Positions 19,690 through 29,530 of a stretch of DNA of 64,000 bases are shown here, piece after piece. The notes under the pieces are model-generated. The model saw only the letters and a program-made list of their open reading frames with translations, made no database searches and was not told where the DNA came from. The stretch's first letter is position 1. Each line of letters starts with the position of its first letter. The stretch is from positions 64,001-128,000 of the forward strand of contig JAWBKB010000001.1 in NCBI GenBank assembly GCA_038831915.1. The letters are read 5' to 3'. The position numbers were made by a program, and so were the translations under genes. The stretch comes from Candidatus Caldarchaeum sp. (GTDB taxonomy: Archaea; Thermoproteota; Nitrososphaeria_A; Caldarchaeales; Caldarchaeaceae).

Positions 19690-20329
19690 ATTTCATCAAC
19701 TCTTTTAGGCTGGAGTCGATTTGTAACAGCCTTGTCTTAACTGTTTTGGCCGCTTCGAGAATCATGCGGCGAGGGGGCAGAAAACCGAAGCTTTCCACGT
19801 AGAGAAACCGCTTATTATCCTCCTCGTACAAGGTCGCTATTCCTGACTGCCATTTCGAATGCCTCTTCCCTCTACCAAGCCGAACATAGAGCTCGAGCTC
19901 GACTTTCTGGCCTGGGGCCAGAGCGACGACTGGTATGTCGCCGCTAAAAGGCACAACAATTGAACCGTGTTTTTCTGGTTTTATATCACGTGAATAAACC
20001 GTCACAGGTTCCGTTATAGCTTCAGCTCTTAACACAAACCTTACAACGCATTTTTCACAACCCAGCCTGCTTTTACAGGCACATTCTTCGGCCACGTTAT
20101 AGTTGTCTAAATCAGTTATAAACGGAATGAGCGAAATTCGATGAGAGAGAACTTCGTTGGTCATCACGGACGAATTTTCGATAATTAGAACTTCTTCGAC
20201 CGCCATGACGGGGACCTCCCTCATGATTACCCTCCGTAACGCATTTGCATATGGCTGAGGCAGGTCTGTCACGTCCAAAGTAATCGAGTCGGCGTCTTCC
20301 TTGACGATTTTCAACCCGTTTCGCTGCAT
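19673..20329 (-). CDS. rpo3: RNA polymerase subunit Rpo3 (D)
   Basis: ANALRRVIMREVP, NSSVMTNEVLSHRISLIP, LGRGKRHSKW. Confidence 0.96.
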   Translation of the reverse strand: MQRNGLKIVKEDADSITLDVTDLPQPYANALRRVIMREVPVMAVEEVLIIENSSVMTNEVLSHRISLIPFITDLDNYNVAEECACKSRLGCEKCVVRFVLRAEAITEPVTVYSRDIKPEKHGSIVVPFSGDIPVVALAPGQKVELELYVRLGRGKRHSKWQSGIATLYEEDNKRFLYVESFGFLPPRRMILEAAKTVKTRLLQIDSSLKELMKYEASN

Positions 20330-20401
20330 TCACACGTAATACGTTATTTAAATGTGTAGCCGAAAAAGATTTTAATCCAACCGTAAGCTGCTACCGACAT
20401 C

Positions 20402-20755
20402 ATGGAAACGATTCACCAGACGTTTGACCTAAAGGTCACAGAAAGAGCGGCTAAGAAAATTGCGCAACTCATCAAGGAAGAAGGCGGAAGCGAAAAGATG
20501 GCTCTCCGGATATACATTACGGGTGGAGGATGTTCAGGCTATCGGTACGGCATGGCCTTGGATGAAAACGTTTACGACGACGATGTCGTGGTTGAAACGG
20601 GCGGAGTAAGAATAGTTATAGACTCGTTTAGCGCGCCCTTCATCGAAGGTTCTGAAATCGACTACATCGAAGACGTGATGGGGTCTGGTTTCGCCATCAA
20701 CAACCCCAACGTAACATCCACATGCGGCTGCGGCCATTCCTTCAACCTGAAATGA
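20402..20755 (+). CDS. A-type Fe-S carrier (IscA/ErpA/HesB family)
   Basis: GGGCSGYRY, IDY, NPN, CGCGHSF. Confidence 0.95.
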   Translation: METIHQTFDLKVTERAAKKIAQLIKEEGGSEKMALRIYITGGGCSGYRYGMALDENVYDDDVVVETGGVRIVIDSFSAPFIEGSEIDYIEDVMGSGFAINNPNVTSTCGCGHSFNLK

Positions 20756-21210
20756 AGCCTGAAAAAGGAGACAAAGCCCCAGATTTCGAGCTCATAGACT
20801 CGGAAGGAAGAAAAGTAACATTATCGGACCTGCTGAAAGGATACAAGGCTTTAGTTCTGTATTTCTATCCAAAGGATGACACGCCGGGATGCACGACGGA
20901 GGCCTGCGGGTTCAGGGATTCGATGCAGCAGCTCAAACCACTAAACGTAAACGTGGTCGGAGTCAGCGTCGACACGCCTGAATCACATCGAAAATTCATC
21001 AAAAAATACGGCCTCAACTTCAACTTGCTGTCCGACGTAGACGGTAAAGTCGCTTCGCTATACAATTCCTACAGCGAAGAAAAAGGACGCGCCCTACGGA
21101 AAACCTTCATCATAGATTCCTCGGGCACAATCATTGAAGCTTTTCACAAAGTTTCGGCCGACGGCCACGCAAAAGAAGTTCTCGAAACTATCAAGAAGCT
21201 GGGGCTGTGA
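20752..21210 (+). CDS. bcp: Peroxiredoxin Q / Bcp
   Basis: APDF, YFYPKDDTPGCTTEAC. Start at the ATGA overlap with the upstream stop. Confidence 0.95.
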   Translation: MKPEKGDKAPDFELIDSEGRKVTLSDLLKGYKALVLYFYPKDDTPGCTTEACGFRDSMQQLKPLNVNVVGVSVDTPESHRKFIKKYGLNFNLLSDVDGKVASLYNSYSEEKGRALRKTFIIDSSGTIIEAFHKVSADGHAKEVLETIKKLGL

Positions 21211-21859
21211 ATTTTTCAGCATAATATCTGCATTTATGCGATATTGGGCAGATTTGGCATCGAGGTTTCTGCTTGCGGCAGATATCGCGGCCAAACCTGA
21301 CAAATAACATGTTTACGTAGGGAGCGTCGGCGACTGAAACCATTTCAGTCAAAGCTTTTTTCACTTCTTCGTACCCGGCTTTTTCGGATGCGATTCCCAG
21401 CCTTTTCGCAACCGTGTCAACATGAGTGTCGACGGCGATTTCAGGCCTTCCGAACGCAAACGACAAAACGATGTCAGCGGACTTCGGCCCCACGCCGGGA
21501 AGCTTCATCAACTCTTCACGGTCATCTGGAACATGGCCGCCTTTTTCTCCGTAGATAATTTGGGCGATTTTTTTTATTCGTTTGGCTTTCTGCCTGTAAA
21601 ACCCTACTGGCTTGATAAGGTGGGCGATTTCTCGGACATCTGCGTTGGCAAGCTCGTGACCATCTTTGAACTTGGAAAAAAGCCGGTGGTAGGCTTCGTC
21701 GGTTTTCTCATCCTTGGTTCGATGAGAAAGAACAGCTCCTATCAAGACTCTGAAAGGCATCTGGTCAGAAACGTGAAGAGTACCGTTCCCATGTTGATAA
21801 CGTTCTTTCAAAATTTTCAGGATTTCAGCGAAATCTTCGGGCTTCAACCCGTGGACCAT
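21191..21859 (-). CDS. nth: Endonuclease III (HhH-GPD, 4Fe-4S)
   Basis: LPGVGPKSA, VDTHV, C-x6-C-x2-C-x5-C. Confidence 0.95.
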   Translation of the reverse strand: MVHGLKPEDFAEILKILKERYQHGNGTLHVSDQMPFRVLIGAVLSHRTKDEKTDEAYHRLFSKFKDGHELANADVREIAHLIKPVGFYRQKAKRIKKIAQIIYGEKGGHVPDDREELMKLPGVGPKSADIVLSFAFGRPEIAVDTHVDTVAKRLGIASEKAGYEEVKKALTEMVSVADAPYVNMLFVRFGRDICRKQKPRCQICPISHKCRYYAEKFTAPAS

Positions 21860-21944
21860 GAAAACGCCGCCTTGATAAAGACGTTCTGCAATTACGTGTT
21901 GAGATGATAGATTTTTTATATTCCCGTCATCCAAATTCTATACC

Positions 21945-22550
21945 ATGAAGAAATACACTCTTCCACCGCTCCCTTATGCGTACAACGCTTTGGAGCCCGT
22001 GATTTCCGCCGAAATCATGACGCTTCACCACACCAAACATCATCAAGCATACGTGAACGGCGCCAACGCTGCTTTGGAACGGCTTGAAAAACAGCGGAAA
22101 GGCGAAAACCCCGAAAACGTCCGAGGCATTCTCCGCGACCTCAGCTTCAACCTTAGCGGCCACAAGCTTCACGCAGTGTTTTGGCCTAACATGGCTCCGC
22201 CGGGCAAAGGCGGCGGCAAACCCGGAGGAAGCATAGCTGACCAGATCAACAAAGATTTCGGCGATTTCGAATCCTTCAAAAAACAGTTCAGCGACGCGGC
22301 GAAAAATGTCGAAGCAGTCGGCTGGGCCATTCTTACCTACGACGCAGAATCCGAATCCCTCATCATCTACCAAGTCGAGAAGCAGAACTTCATGCACCCG
22401 CCCGACCTACCGCTCATCCTAACGCTTGACGTATGGGAACACGCCTACTACCTACAGTACAAAAACGATCGAGCCTCATACGTCGATAACTGGTGGAACG
22501 TGGTCAACTGGGACGACGTCGAAAAACGATTTTCCAAAGTAAAGGTTTAG
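21945..22550 (+). CDS. sod: Fe/Mn superoxide dismutase
   Basis: HHTKHHQAYV, GHKLH, DVWEHAYY. Confidence 0.98.
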   Translation: MKKYTLPPLPYAYNALEPVISAEIMTLHHTKHHQAYVNGANAALERLEKQRKGENPENVRGILRDLSFNLSGHKLHAVFWPNMAPPGKGGGKPGGSIADQINKDFGDFESFKKQFSDAAKNVEAVGWAILTYDAESESLIIYQVEKQNFMHPPDLPLILTLDVWEHAYYLQYKNDRASYVDNWWNVVNWDDVEKRFSKVKV

Positions 22551-23617
22551 CTTTTCTCCTCCTCTTTTTCTTGTTTGCTAGTTTTACGCATAGCCATTTT
22601 CCGGTAGTATTGCATGGGGTTTTTGACACCGCCGCAGAGCTTCCCATCCTCTATGCATAGACCGTGTGTCTGCATCGTCACACATTTAGGAACGGAATAT
22701 TTTGTCCGGCTTCCCTTTAGCCCAGCGATATGTTCAACTTGGTAGCGGGCGATTTTCGGGTCGAAATCACCCCTCTGCATGTAAACGCTCATCACCTCCT
22801 CAACCGTCATGCCGATTCGAAGCATGAAGGCCGCGATGGCAAAATTTCCAAAATGGCTGACCGATTCGCCGCTAAGCAATCTGTTCCGTAAAGCCTGCAT
22901 ACAGGGCGGCCATCTTTCAGGCTCAAGCCTAACATTAGCTGTCGACTCTCTCTGTCGAGATGCTTCGAGCTTTTTCCTCAACTGCTCAACGTATTCCGCG
23001 AGAAAAGGCGGTGGAGCAATGCGGCCCATTTTTTCCAAACGTTGATGTATGAGTTTTTCCATCCCGTTTTTGACGAGTGTAAGAGCTTCGGCTCTCGTCA
23101 CCGCGACATAGCCTTTATCGAGAAGCCTGTTGACGAGACGAAACCGCGGCTCGTTCAAATCAACAGCGACCTTCAGATAATCTGCGAAATGAATCCAGAA
23201 CTCGTAGGGAGGATTGTCTTCCCGGATGCGGAAACCGAGAACCTCTCGAGCAACGTATGCGATGACTTTTTTCTGTTCTTCACGAATGTTTTTCAGCATG
23301 GACACGTATCGTTCAGCTTCGTAAGCTGCGAACCGCCTCTTCGCAAACGGGCTTTCCAGCATCGCAATCAACGCCATGGCCAAGGGATGGCTGAAAATCT
23401 CAACCTCACTGGTGCGAAACCGGGTGACAGGCTTCGAAGGCCATTTTAGCAAAGCTTCTTCAACCTTTTCCACTGCAGCGGCAATGTATTCGTTGTTTCC
23501 TTCAAAATCTTCGAGACGAAGCCCCCGCTGAGCGACGTAGTCTCTTATTTCGCGGAGGAATGGAAAATCCGCCAGCAATGCTTTCACTATGTAGTCATCG
23601 TCAGCCAATCCTACCAT
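22547..23617 (-). CDS. priL: DNA primase large subunit
   Basis: WPPCM, DFDPKIARYQVEHIAG, YSVPKC, HGLC, KNPMQYY. Confidence 0.95.
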   Translation of the reverse strand: MVGLADDDYIVKALLADFPFLREIRDYVAQRGLRLEDFEGNNEYIAAAVEKVEEALLKWPSKPVTRFRTSEVEIFSHPLAMALIAMLESPFAKRRFAAYEAERYVSMLKNIREEQKKVIAYVAREVLGFRIREDNPPYEFWIHFADYLKVAVDLNEPRFRLVNRLLDKGYVAVTRAEALTLVKNGMEKLIHQRLEKMGRIAPPPFLAEYVEQLRKKLEASRQRESTANVRLEPERWPPCMQALRNRLLSGESVSHFGNFAIAAFMLRIGMTVEEVMSVYMQRGDFDPKIARYQVEHIAGLKGSRTKYSVPKCVTMQTHGLCIEDGKLCGGVKNPMQYYRKMAMRKTSKQEKEEEKS

Positions 23618-24113
23618 ATATCCCTCCGCGTCTAATAAAACCGCTTCCGCGAATTCCGAATCTTTTTAGATTGATTTTCTGGCGAGCCGCAATCCACAAG
23701 GCTTCGTTCACAAGCTCTTCCCGGTCGAGCTTGTGGACCAAACGTGCTTCAGACGAGGATTTTTCCAGGTATTCAACGTAAAGGTTATAGTATTGTTCAG
23801 CTTGTCTCGGCGGCAGTTCTGAAAATAGCTCGTGGAAAATCGCTTTTTCTACTGTTTCGAGAATTTTTCTTGGAATTTTCTTTTTCATTCTTGGGGTGAG
23901 GTCTCCGAGAAAGCTTTCAGGAATGTCGTGGACAAGTGCCATTTTTACGGCTTTTTCCGCGTCGAGGCCGAGCTTATCGGCTGAGATGAAAGCCATGACT
24001 GCGAGGGCGTAGGAATGGTCTGCAACTGACTCGGGGCTCTTGACGCCTACTTCAACCCATCCAGTTCTTCGAAGTCTCTTTAACAGAAGAAGGGCGTTGG
24101 TTATTCTGTTCAA
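23601..24113 (-). CDS. HD-domain 5'-deoxynucleotidase-like hydrolase
   Basis: LKRLRRTGW, ESVADHSY, VHDIPES, GDLTP. Confidence 0.9.
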   Translation of the reverse strand: MNRITNALLLLKRLRRTGWVEVGVKSPESVADHSYALAVMAFISADKLGLDAEKAVKMALVHDIPESFLGDLTPRMKKKIPRKILETVEKAIFHELFSELPPRQAEQYYNLYVEYLEKSSSEARLVHKLDREELVNEALWIAARQKINLKRFGIRGSGFIRRGGIYGRIG

Positions 24114-25321
24114 CGCAGCCGTTTCACCAACTTCTCTATGCCTGACCCGTATTGAAGAGCTTTCTTCCCGACATCGACGTATTCAAGCAAACCCAGCTCT
24201 CTGCAGACAAGCCTGAGAAAATGTTTGCGGACAATTCTGCCGTCTATTATCGTCAATTTCGATGTTACCGGTAAGTTCAAACCCAGGCTCAACACGGTTT
24301 TGGTCAAGTATAGTGGTAGGGGATATGCACCGCCCAACCTGACAGCTGTGAAATCGCGAACAAGCCCTTCTAACCCGAGCATCGAAAAATCATGCATCAA
24401 AGAGCGATGCAACCCATCGTATCCCTCCCTCTGCAAAACATTCTCGTATTTCTTATAGCCGCCGAAAACCTCGTCAGCACCTTGGCCTATAACCGCACAG
24501 TAATACCCTTGCTCTGAAGCCATAGTTGAGAGAATATGCATAGCGGCCCCGATGGCTGCGTCCATCGGCTTCAGAGGCCCCAAAACTTTTTCAAGCTCCG
24601 CAACACTCCGTTGTACATCGTTGCTGTCAACCACGATTTTCACCGCGTCTAACCCAATGGTTTTCGCGGCTTTTTCCACGCTTCTCAAATCCGTGCTTTG
24701 AGCCGTTCCGACGGTGAGTAGCAGAGGTGAAAGACCAGCGTCTACTATTATCTTCGCCAAAATGAGGCTATCAATTCCGCCTGAAAAGAAAACAGCCGTT
24801 TTAGGTGGACAAAATTTCCTCACGGCACCCCTCAATGCATCGATGAAATTGTTAACATCTGTTCTGACATGTGGCTGATGATGGTAATTTTTCTTTTCGC
24901 CTGTTTTCACGTCATAGATTGTGCCGGGTTCGAGAGGGACGAGCCCATGGATGATGGCTTCTCTTTTGACGTTGGTTATGGTGAAAGGATGGCCGCCGGC
25001 GAAAACGGGAATCAAGCCGACAAAATCCCTGAACAAAACAACATCATTGAAAAGCACGCCGGAGCAAAAATCCTCCGACTCCGCGAGAAAATGCGTCAAC
25101 TCATTTACTTTTGAGAAAAATGGTTCGAACGGGCTTTTGACAGAGTGCACGGCTTGAAGAAAGGCTTTTTCGGCTTCGACCCGTTCCAGATAACCGTCGA
25201 ATTTGACAGGCGCTCCTTCGACATAGGCTACCGCGTTATATATGCCGAGTTCGATTTTGGTCGGTGAAGCGAATGTCTGCGGCTTTACGTCAGTTCCAAA
25301 CGTAAGAAAATATTTCAGCAT
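24110..25321 (-). CDS. Asparagine synthase-like PP-loop protein with degenerate glutaminase domain
   Basis: RDFVGLIPVF, FSGGIDS, GQGADEVFGGY, RKHFLR, KKALQYGSG; no N-terminal Cys. Confidence 0.8.
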   Translation of the reverse strand: MLKYFLTFGTDVKPQTFASPTKIELGIYNAVAYVEGAPVKFDGYLERVEAEKAFLQAVHSVKSPFEPFFSKVNELTHFLAESEDFCSGVLFNDVVLFRDFVGLIPVFAGGHPFTITNVKREAIIHGLVPLEPGTIYDVKTGEKKNYHHQPHVRTDVNNFIDALRGAVRKFCPPKTAVFFSGGIDSLILAKIIVDAGLSPLLLTVGTAQSTDLRSVEKAAKTIGLDAVKIVVDSNDVQRSVAELEKVLGPLKPMDAAIGAAMHILSTMASEQGYYCAVIGQGADEVFGGYKKYENVLQREGYDGLHRSLMHDFSMLGLEGLVRDFTAVRLGGAYPLPLYLTKTVLSLGLNLPVTSKLTIIDGRIVRKHFLRLVCRELGLLEYVDVGKKALQYGSGIEKLVKRLR

Positions 25322-25451
25322 CCGGCAAATAAGTTGACGCGCTGGTCAAAAGATATTTCGTGACGCCGCATCATGGTGAAATGCTCGCAGTACGGGTTTC
25401 TGTAATCATTTGACCAACAAGGTTATAAACCCTTATCTGACGAATTCGGTT

Positions 25452-25607
25452 GTGAACGAATCCTGCGAGCACAGCCTCGAATACCTGGGGGATCAGAAAG
25501 GCGAAAAAGGAGTTAACAAATATTATCGATGCGTCAAATGTGGAGACGTTTTCGTCTACACCGACGAAGAGATGATAATTTACCGGATTCCCGGGATTAA
25601 GAAATAA
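25452..25607 (+). CDS. Small zinc-ribbon-like protein (51 aa)
   Basis: GTG start after an upstream TTATAAA; CEH...YYRCVKCGDVF. Confidence 0.6.
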   Translation: MNESCEHSLEYLGDQKGEKGVNKYYRCVKCGDVFVYTDEEMIIYRIPGIKK

Positions 25608-25610
25608 AAG

Positions 25611-26084
25611 TCAGACTCCGAGATGAAGTTCGTCGGCTGTCAACCCGACGGCGTGAAACAGCTCTTCCCCAACTTTCGTCACAGGTGCTTTCTCCTTTTC
25701 CTTAAGCTTGTTGTAGACGGTGTAGAAAGCCCTTCGGACCTTCTCGACTCTGTTGAAAAGGTCTTCTGCATCCCGGTATTCCGCGGTCTTTCTTTTCAAG
25801 GTTTTTCCCGAAGCCGTTTGGACACTAAGTGTGTAGACAACTTTTCCCGGTGAGCTGAGGAAATCCTGCACAAAATCCGAGGAAACAGATGCCTCGGCCT
25901 CAACTAGGACAGAGTGAATTGTCCTGACTCCGCGAACCATTTTGACCACGTCGATGGCGAACCCGCATCTACCGAAGCGGCTGTATATCATTCTTTCACG
26001 AGGATAATGACGGTGGGTTGCTAAGCCGACAACGTCATCAGACATAATCAATTCAACAATTTCTTTCGTAATTTCGTCTTCCAA
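25611..26084 (-). CDS. Hypothetical protein
   Basis: 157-aa ORF with natural globular composition that fills the gap; no family recognised. Confidence 0.7.
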   Translation of the reverse strand: MEDEITKEIVELIMSDDVVGLATHRHYPRERMIYSRFGRCGFAIDVVKMVRGVRTIHSVLVEAEASVSSDFVQDFLSSPGKVVYTLSVQTASGKTLKRKTAEYRDAEDLFNRVEKVRRAFYTVYNKLKEKEKAPVTKVGEELFHAVGLTADELHLGV

Positions 26085-26185
26085 GGCATCAAATGGTTGA
26101 ACGGGCTGACAAATAAGCCTTGACCAGTCGACAGCGTATTAAGGTTTTTATGATGCATCCCTTGTAGAGAAGCAGGTTATCAAAA

Positions 26186-27151
26186 TTGGGCAGAAGAAAA
26201 TATTCTAGGCCGCGGCATGGGTCGTTGGCTTTCCTACCACGTGGAAGAGCAAAAAGTCTTCTTCCGCGGGTGAAACACTGGCCCGACGGAAAAGAAGGGC
26301 CGCTTGGTTTCGTTGGCTACAAAGTAGGGATGACATCTATCCATTTCATCGACAACACTCCGGGTTCGCCCACCCAAGGTAGCGAAATTACCAAATCATG
26401 CACCGTCGTAGCTGCTCCACCTCTCAAAGTCATCGGCTTAGTTGTCTACGGACAAGAAAACGGAAGGCTAAAAGATTTGGGTAGGTTTTGGGTTTCAAAT
26501 GTTCCAGAAGAAATAAAGAGAAGAAACCCAACTTTCAGACCAACTCCAGGTCCCGAGAACATCAATAGGTTGAAGGACCAAATCGCTGAAGTTAGGTTGA
26601 TAGTTGCGACGCAGCCCAACCTGGTTGGTGCTGGAAAAACTCCGAACATTTTGGAAATCAAGGTCGGAGGCTCGGTGTCGTCCGCGCTGGAAAAAGCACA
26701 ACAACTTCTCGGCTCGGAAATCCGTGTTTCCGATGTCTTCAAGGAAGGGGAATACGTAGACATCATCGGCGTAACTAAAGGCAAAGGGTTTCAAGGAGTA
26801 GTGAAACGATACGGTGTATCGATTCTCCAGCGAAAATCGAGAAAAACAAGAAGAGGCGTCGCGGCCATAGGGCCGTGGAATCCTCATTATGTCATGTACA
26901 CCGTTCCACGGTCGGGCCAGATGGGATATCACAGAAGAACCGAATACAACAAACGTATTCTCCGAATTTCCCAAGACCCTTCAACCATAAACCCATCGTC
27001 CGGATGGTATCGCTTCGGGCTGGTAAAAACGGACTACTTAGTTCTCGAAGGTTCTGTAGCAGGAACTCCTCTGAGACCTCTCATCTTAAGGGCACCAGCA
27101 CGTCCTCCCAAACATCAGGAACCACCCGAAATAACGCTGTTGGAGGTTTAG
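26186..27151 (+). CDS. rpl3: Ribosomal protein uL3
   Basis: PRHGSLAFLPR, GYKVGMT, TKGKGFQGVVKR, GQMGYHRRTEYNKR. Confidence 0.98.
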   Translation: MGRRKYSRPRHGSLAFLPRGRAKSLLPRVKHWPDGKEGPLGFVGYKVGMTSIHFIDNTPGSPTQGSEITKSCTVVAAPPLKVIGLVVYGQENGRLKDLGRFWVSNVPEEIKRRNPTFRPTPGPENINRLKDQIAEVRLIVATQPNLVGAGKTPNILEIKVGGSVSSALEKAQQLLGSEIRVSDVFKEGEYVDIIGVTKGKGFQGVVKRYGVSILQRKSRKTRRGVAAIGPWNPHYVMYTVPRSGQMGYHRRTEYNKRILRISQDPSTINPSSGWYRFGLVKTDYLVLEGSVAGTPLRPLILRAPARPPKHQEPPEITLLEV

Positions 27152-27154
27152 GAT

Positions 27155-27973
27155 ATGAACTTCACATCTCTGCTTATACTTCAGAGAAAAGAACATCATG
27201 AAAGAAACGTCTACGACACCGAGGGCAACATTACTGAAACAATCACGCTTCCCTGGTTCTTCAACGCACCTTTACGAGAAGACCTCGTCGCAAGAGCCTA
27301 CATCCACCTATTCACTCATAGGCTACAGCCGAAAGGCACGTCGAAGCTTTCGGGTCACAAACATTCGGTCGAGTCATGGGGCCCCGGTTTCGGAATGGCG
27401 AGAATTTCACGCGTCAAGGGTAGGGGGACACCGAAATACGGCGCGGGAGGAATGGTTCCTTCAGCCGTCGGTGGAAGGCCCACGCATCCACCTACCACAG
27501 AGAAGAAAATCCACAAGAAAATCAACGCAAAAGAACTTCGCAACGCGTTTCTTTCAGCACTTGCCTTCACCGCAGCTCCGGAATACGTGAAAAAACGTGG
27601 GCACAGAATACCTGACGACATAAAAACACCAATACTGTTGGAAGACTCGGTGGAATCTCTGACCAAGACATCCGACGTGAAGAAGTTACTCGAAAAACTC
27701 GGTTTGAAGCAGGAGCTTGAAAGATGCGATGAGAAGAAGATTCGCGCGGGTAAGGGCAAGATGCGGGGCAGACGATACAAGAAAAGACGCGGCCCCTTAA
27801 TCATTGTGGGAGAGGATAGAGGATTGGGAAAGTCGGCCTCTAACATCCCAGGCGTCGAAGTGGTTTTAGCGCGTGACCTCAGCGTTCTACATCTCGCCCC
27901 CGGCGCTAAGCCAAGCAGGCTCACCCTATTTTCCAAGAGCGCATTGAAGGTTTTGGAGGAGAGGTTGAAATGA
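27155..27973 (+). CDS. rpl4: Ribosomal protein uL4
   Basis: [33 protein letters not shown]. Confidence 0.97.
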   Translation: MNFTSLLILQRKEHHERNVYDTEGNITETITLPWFFNAPLREDLVARAYIHLFTHRLQPKGTSKLSGHKHSVESWGPGFGMARISRVKGRGTPKYGAGGMVPSAVGGRPTHPPTTEKKIHKKINAKELRNAFLSALAFTAAPEYVKKRGHRIPDDIKTPILLEDSVESLTKTSDVKKLLEKLGLKQELERCDEKKIRAGKGKMRGRRYKKRRGPLIIVGEDRGLGKSASNIPGVEVVLARDLSVLHLAPGAKPSRLTLFSKSALKVLEERLK

Positions 27974-28230
27974 ATTTACAAGACGTGGTTAAAAGGGTTC
28001 TGATCACGCAGGACGCGGTGGCCTTGATAGAGAAGGAGAACAAACTTGTCTTCATCGTGGATATCAAAGCGGACAAACGAACAATCAAGCGCGCGGTTGA
28101 ACAGCTCTACGACGTCAAGGTTGATAAAGTGAACACGATGATTACGGCGAAAGGTGAGAAAAAGGCATACGTCCGGCTCAAGCCCGAATATAAGGCGTCT
28201 GAGCTCGCCGTCAAGCTCGGAATCTTCTGA
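27970..28230 (+). CDS. rpl23: Ribosomal protein uL23
   Basis: [21 protein letters not shown]. Confidence 0.97.
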   Translation: MNLQDVVKRVLITQDAVALIEKENKLVFIVDIKADKRTIKRAVEQLYDVKVDKVNTMITAKGEKKAYVRLKPEYKASELAVKLGIF

Positions 28231-28242
28231 TGGTGATGAAAG

Positions 28243-28965
28243 ATGGGACGTAACATCCGTGCTCAAAGAATTGGCAGGGGTTCGCCACGATTCATAGCTT
28301 CCAAACACCGGAGATTCATGGTCGGCTACCCCTCAGCAATCATCGGCGAGAAAGGCTTGGTCACCGGAGTCGTCAGCGACATCGTTCACGACCCTGGGAG
28401 AGGTGCACCGGTAGCAATCATCAAACACGACGGAAGTGAATTCTACATTCCCGCAGTCGAGGGCATGTATGTCGGACAAGTTATCGAGATGGGTTCATCA
28501 GCATCTCCTGCCACCGGGAACATCTTGCCCGTCGGAAAACTTCCCGAAGGAACCATCGTTTCCGTCGTTGAAAGGATACCAGGTGACGGTGGAAAGCTAG
28601 TCCGAAGCTCCGGCGGCTACGGTATCGTTGCGGCACAGCTTGGAGATACGACGGTCATCAAGCTACCATCTAAAAAAGACATAGAAGTTCCGTCGAAGTC
28701 ACTTGCTGTACTCGGGGTTGTGGCTGGCGGAGGAAGACAGGAAAAACCATTCCTCAAAGCGGGAGCAAAATACCACCTAATGAAAGCACGACACCGCTAC
28801 TGGCCGAAATCAAGAGGCGTCGCCATGGTTCCAGCCGTTCATCCCTTCGGCGGTGGCAGCCACAAACGAATCGGAAGGCCAGAAACCGTGAAACGCACGA
28901 CACCGCCTGGAAGAAAAGTCGGGCTGATCGCGGCCCGCAGAACAGGAAGGAAGAAGAAAGCGTGA
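28243..28965 (+). CDS. rpl2: Ribosomal protein uL2
   Basis: HDPGRGAP, RGVAM, HPFGGG, PPGRKVGLIAARRTG. Confidence 0.98.
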   Translation: MGRNIRAQRIGRGSPRFIASKHRRFMVGYPSAIIGEKGLVTGVVSDIVHDPGRGAPVAIIKHDGSEFYIPAVEGMYVGQVIEMGSSASPATGNILPVGKLPEGTIVSVVERIPGDGGKLVRSSGGYGIVAAQLGDTTVIKLPSKKDIEVPSKSLAVLGVVAGGGRQEKPFLKAGAKYHLMKARHRYWPKSRGVAMVPAVHPFGGGSHKRIGRPETVKRTTPPGRKVGLIAARRTGRKKKA

Positions 28966-28985
28966 CGACTGCTTTTCGACGTAAA

Positions 28986-28993
28986 TTTATAAA
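28986..28993 (+). promoter_or_regulatory. Putative TATA box for rps19
   Basis: TTTATAAA about 27 nt upstream of the rps19 ATG. Confidence 0.5.
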
Positions 28994-29019
28994 CAGCCGC
29001 GAAATCATGGGGTTGGAAA

Positions 29020-29433
29020 ATGGTTCGTGAACTGACTTACAGAGGATACACGATAGAACAACTAAAGTCCATGAGCATGGATGCTGTCATCAAACTTTTG
29101 CCCAGCAGAGCCCGCCGCAGCCTCTACAAAAGAGGATTAACTCCCGCGCAGTCCAAACTATTGCTCAAAATCAGAAAGGCCAGAAAACTTCTCGAGTCAG
29201 GTAAGAAGCTTGAAAAACCCATCAAAACTCACTGCCGAGACATGTTCATACTGCCTGAAATGGTCGGCCTAACCATACACGTTCACAACGGCAAGGAATT
29301 CCAACCGGTTGAGATAACGCCAGAAATGATTGGACACAGGCTGGGAGAATACGCCATAACCAACAAAAAAGTCGTACATGGCCGAGCTGGCATAGGAGCA
29401 ACACGAAGTAGCATGTACGTCCCCCTCAAGTAA
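29020..29433 (+). CDS. rps19: Ribosomal protein uS19
   Basis: [41 protein letters not shown]. Confidence 0.98.
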   Translation: MVRELTYRGYTIEQLKSMSMDAVIKLLPSRARRSLYKRGLTPAQSKLLLKIRKARKLLESGKKLEKPIKTHCRDMFILPEMVGLTIHVHNGKEFQPVEITPEMIGHRLGEYAITNKKVVHGRAGIGATRSSMYVPLK

Positions 29434-29530
29434 ACTCAACCTACAGCTTTGCAGATATGCATCATGAAAACCATAACAACTCATATATATCGACGCGCTC
29501 ACGTATAGATTTCTGCAGAGGCTTCATGTC

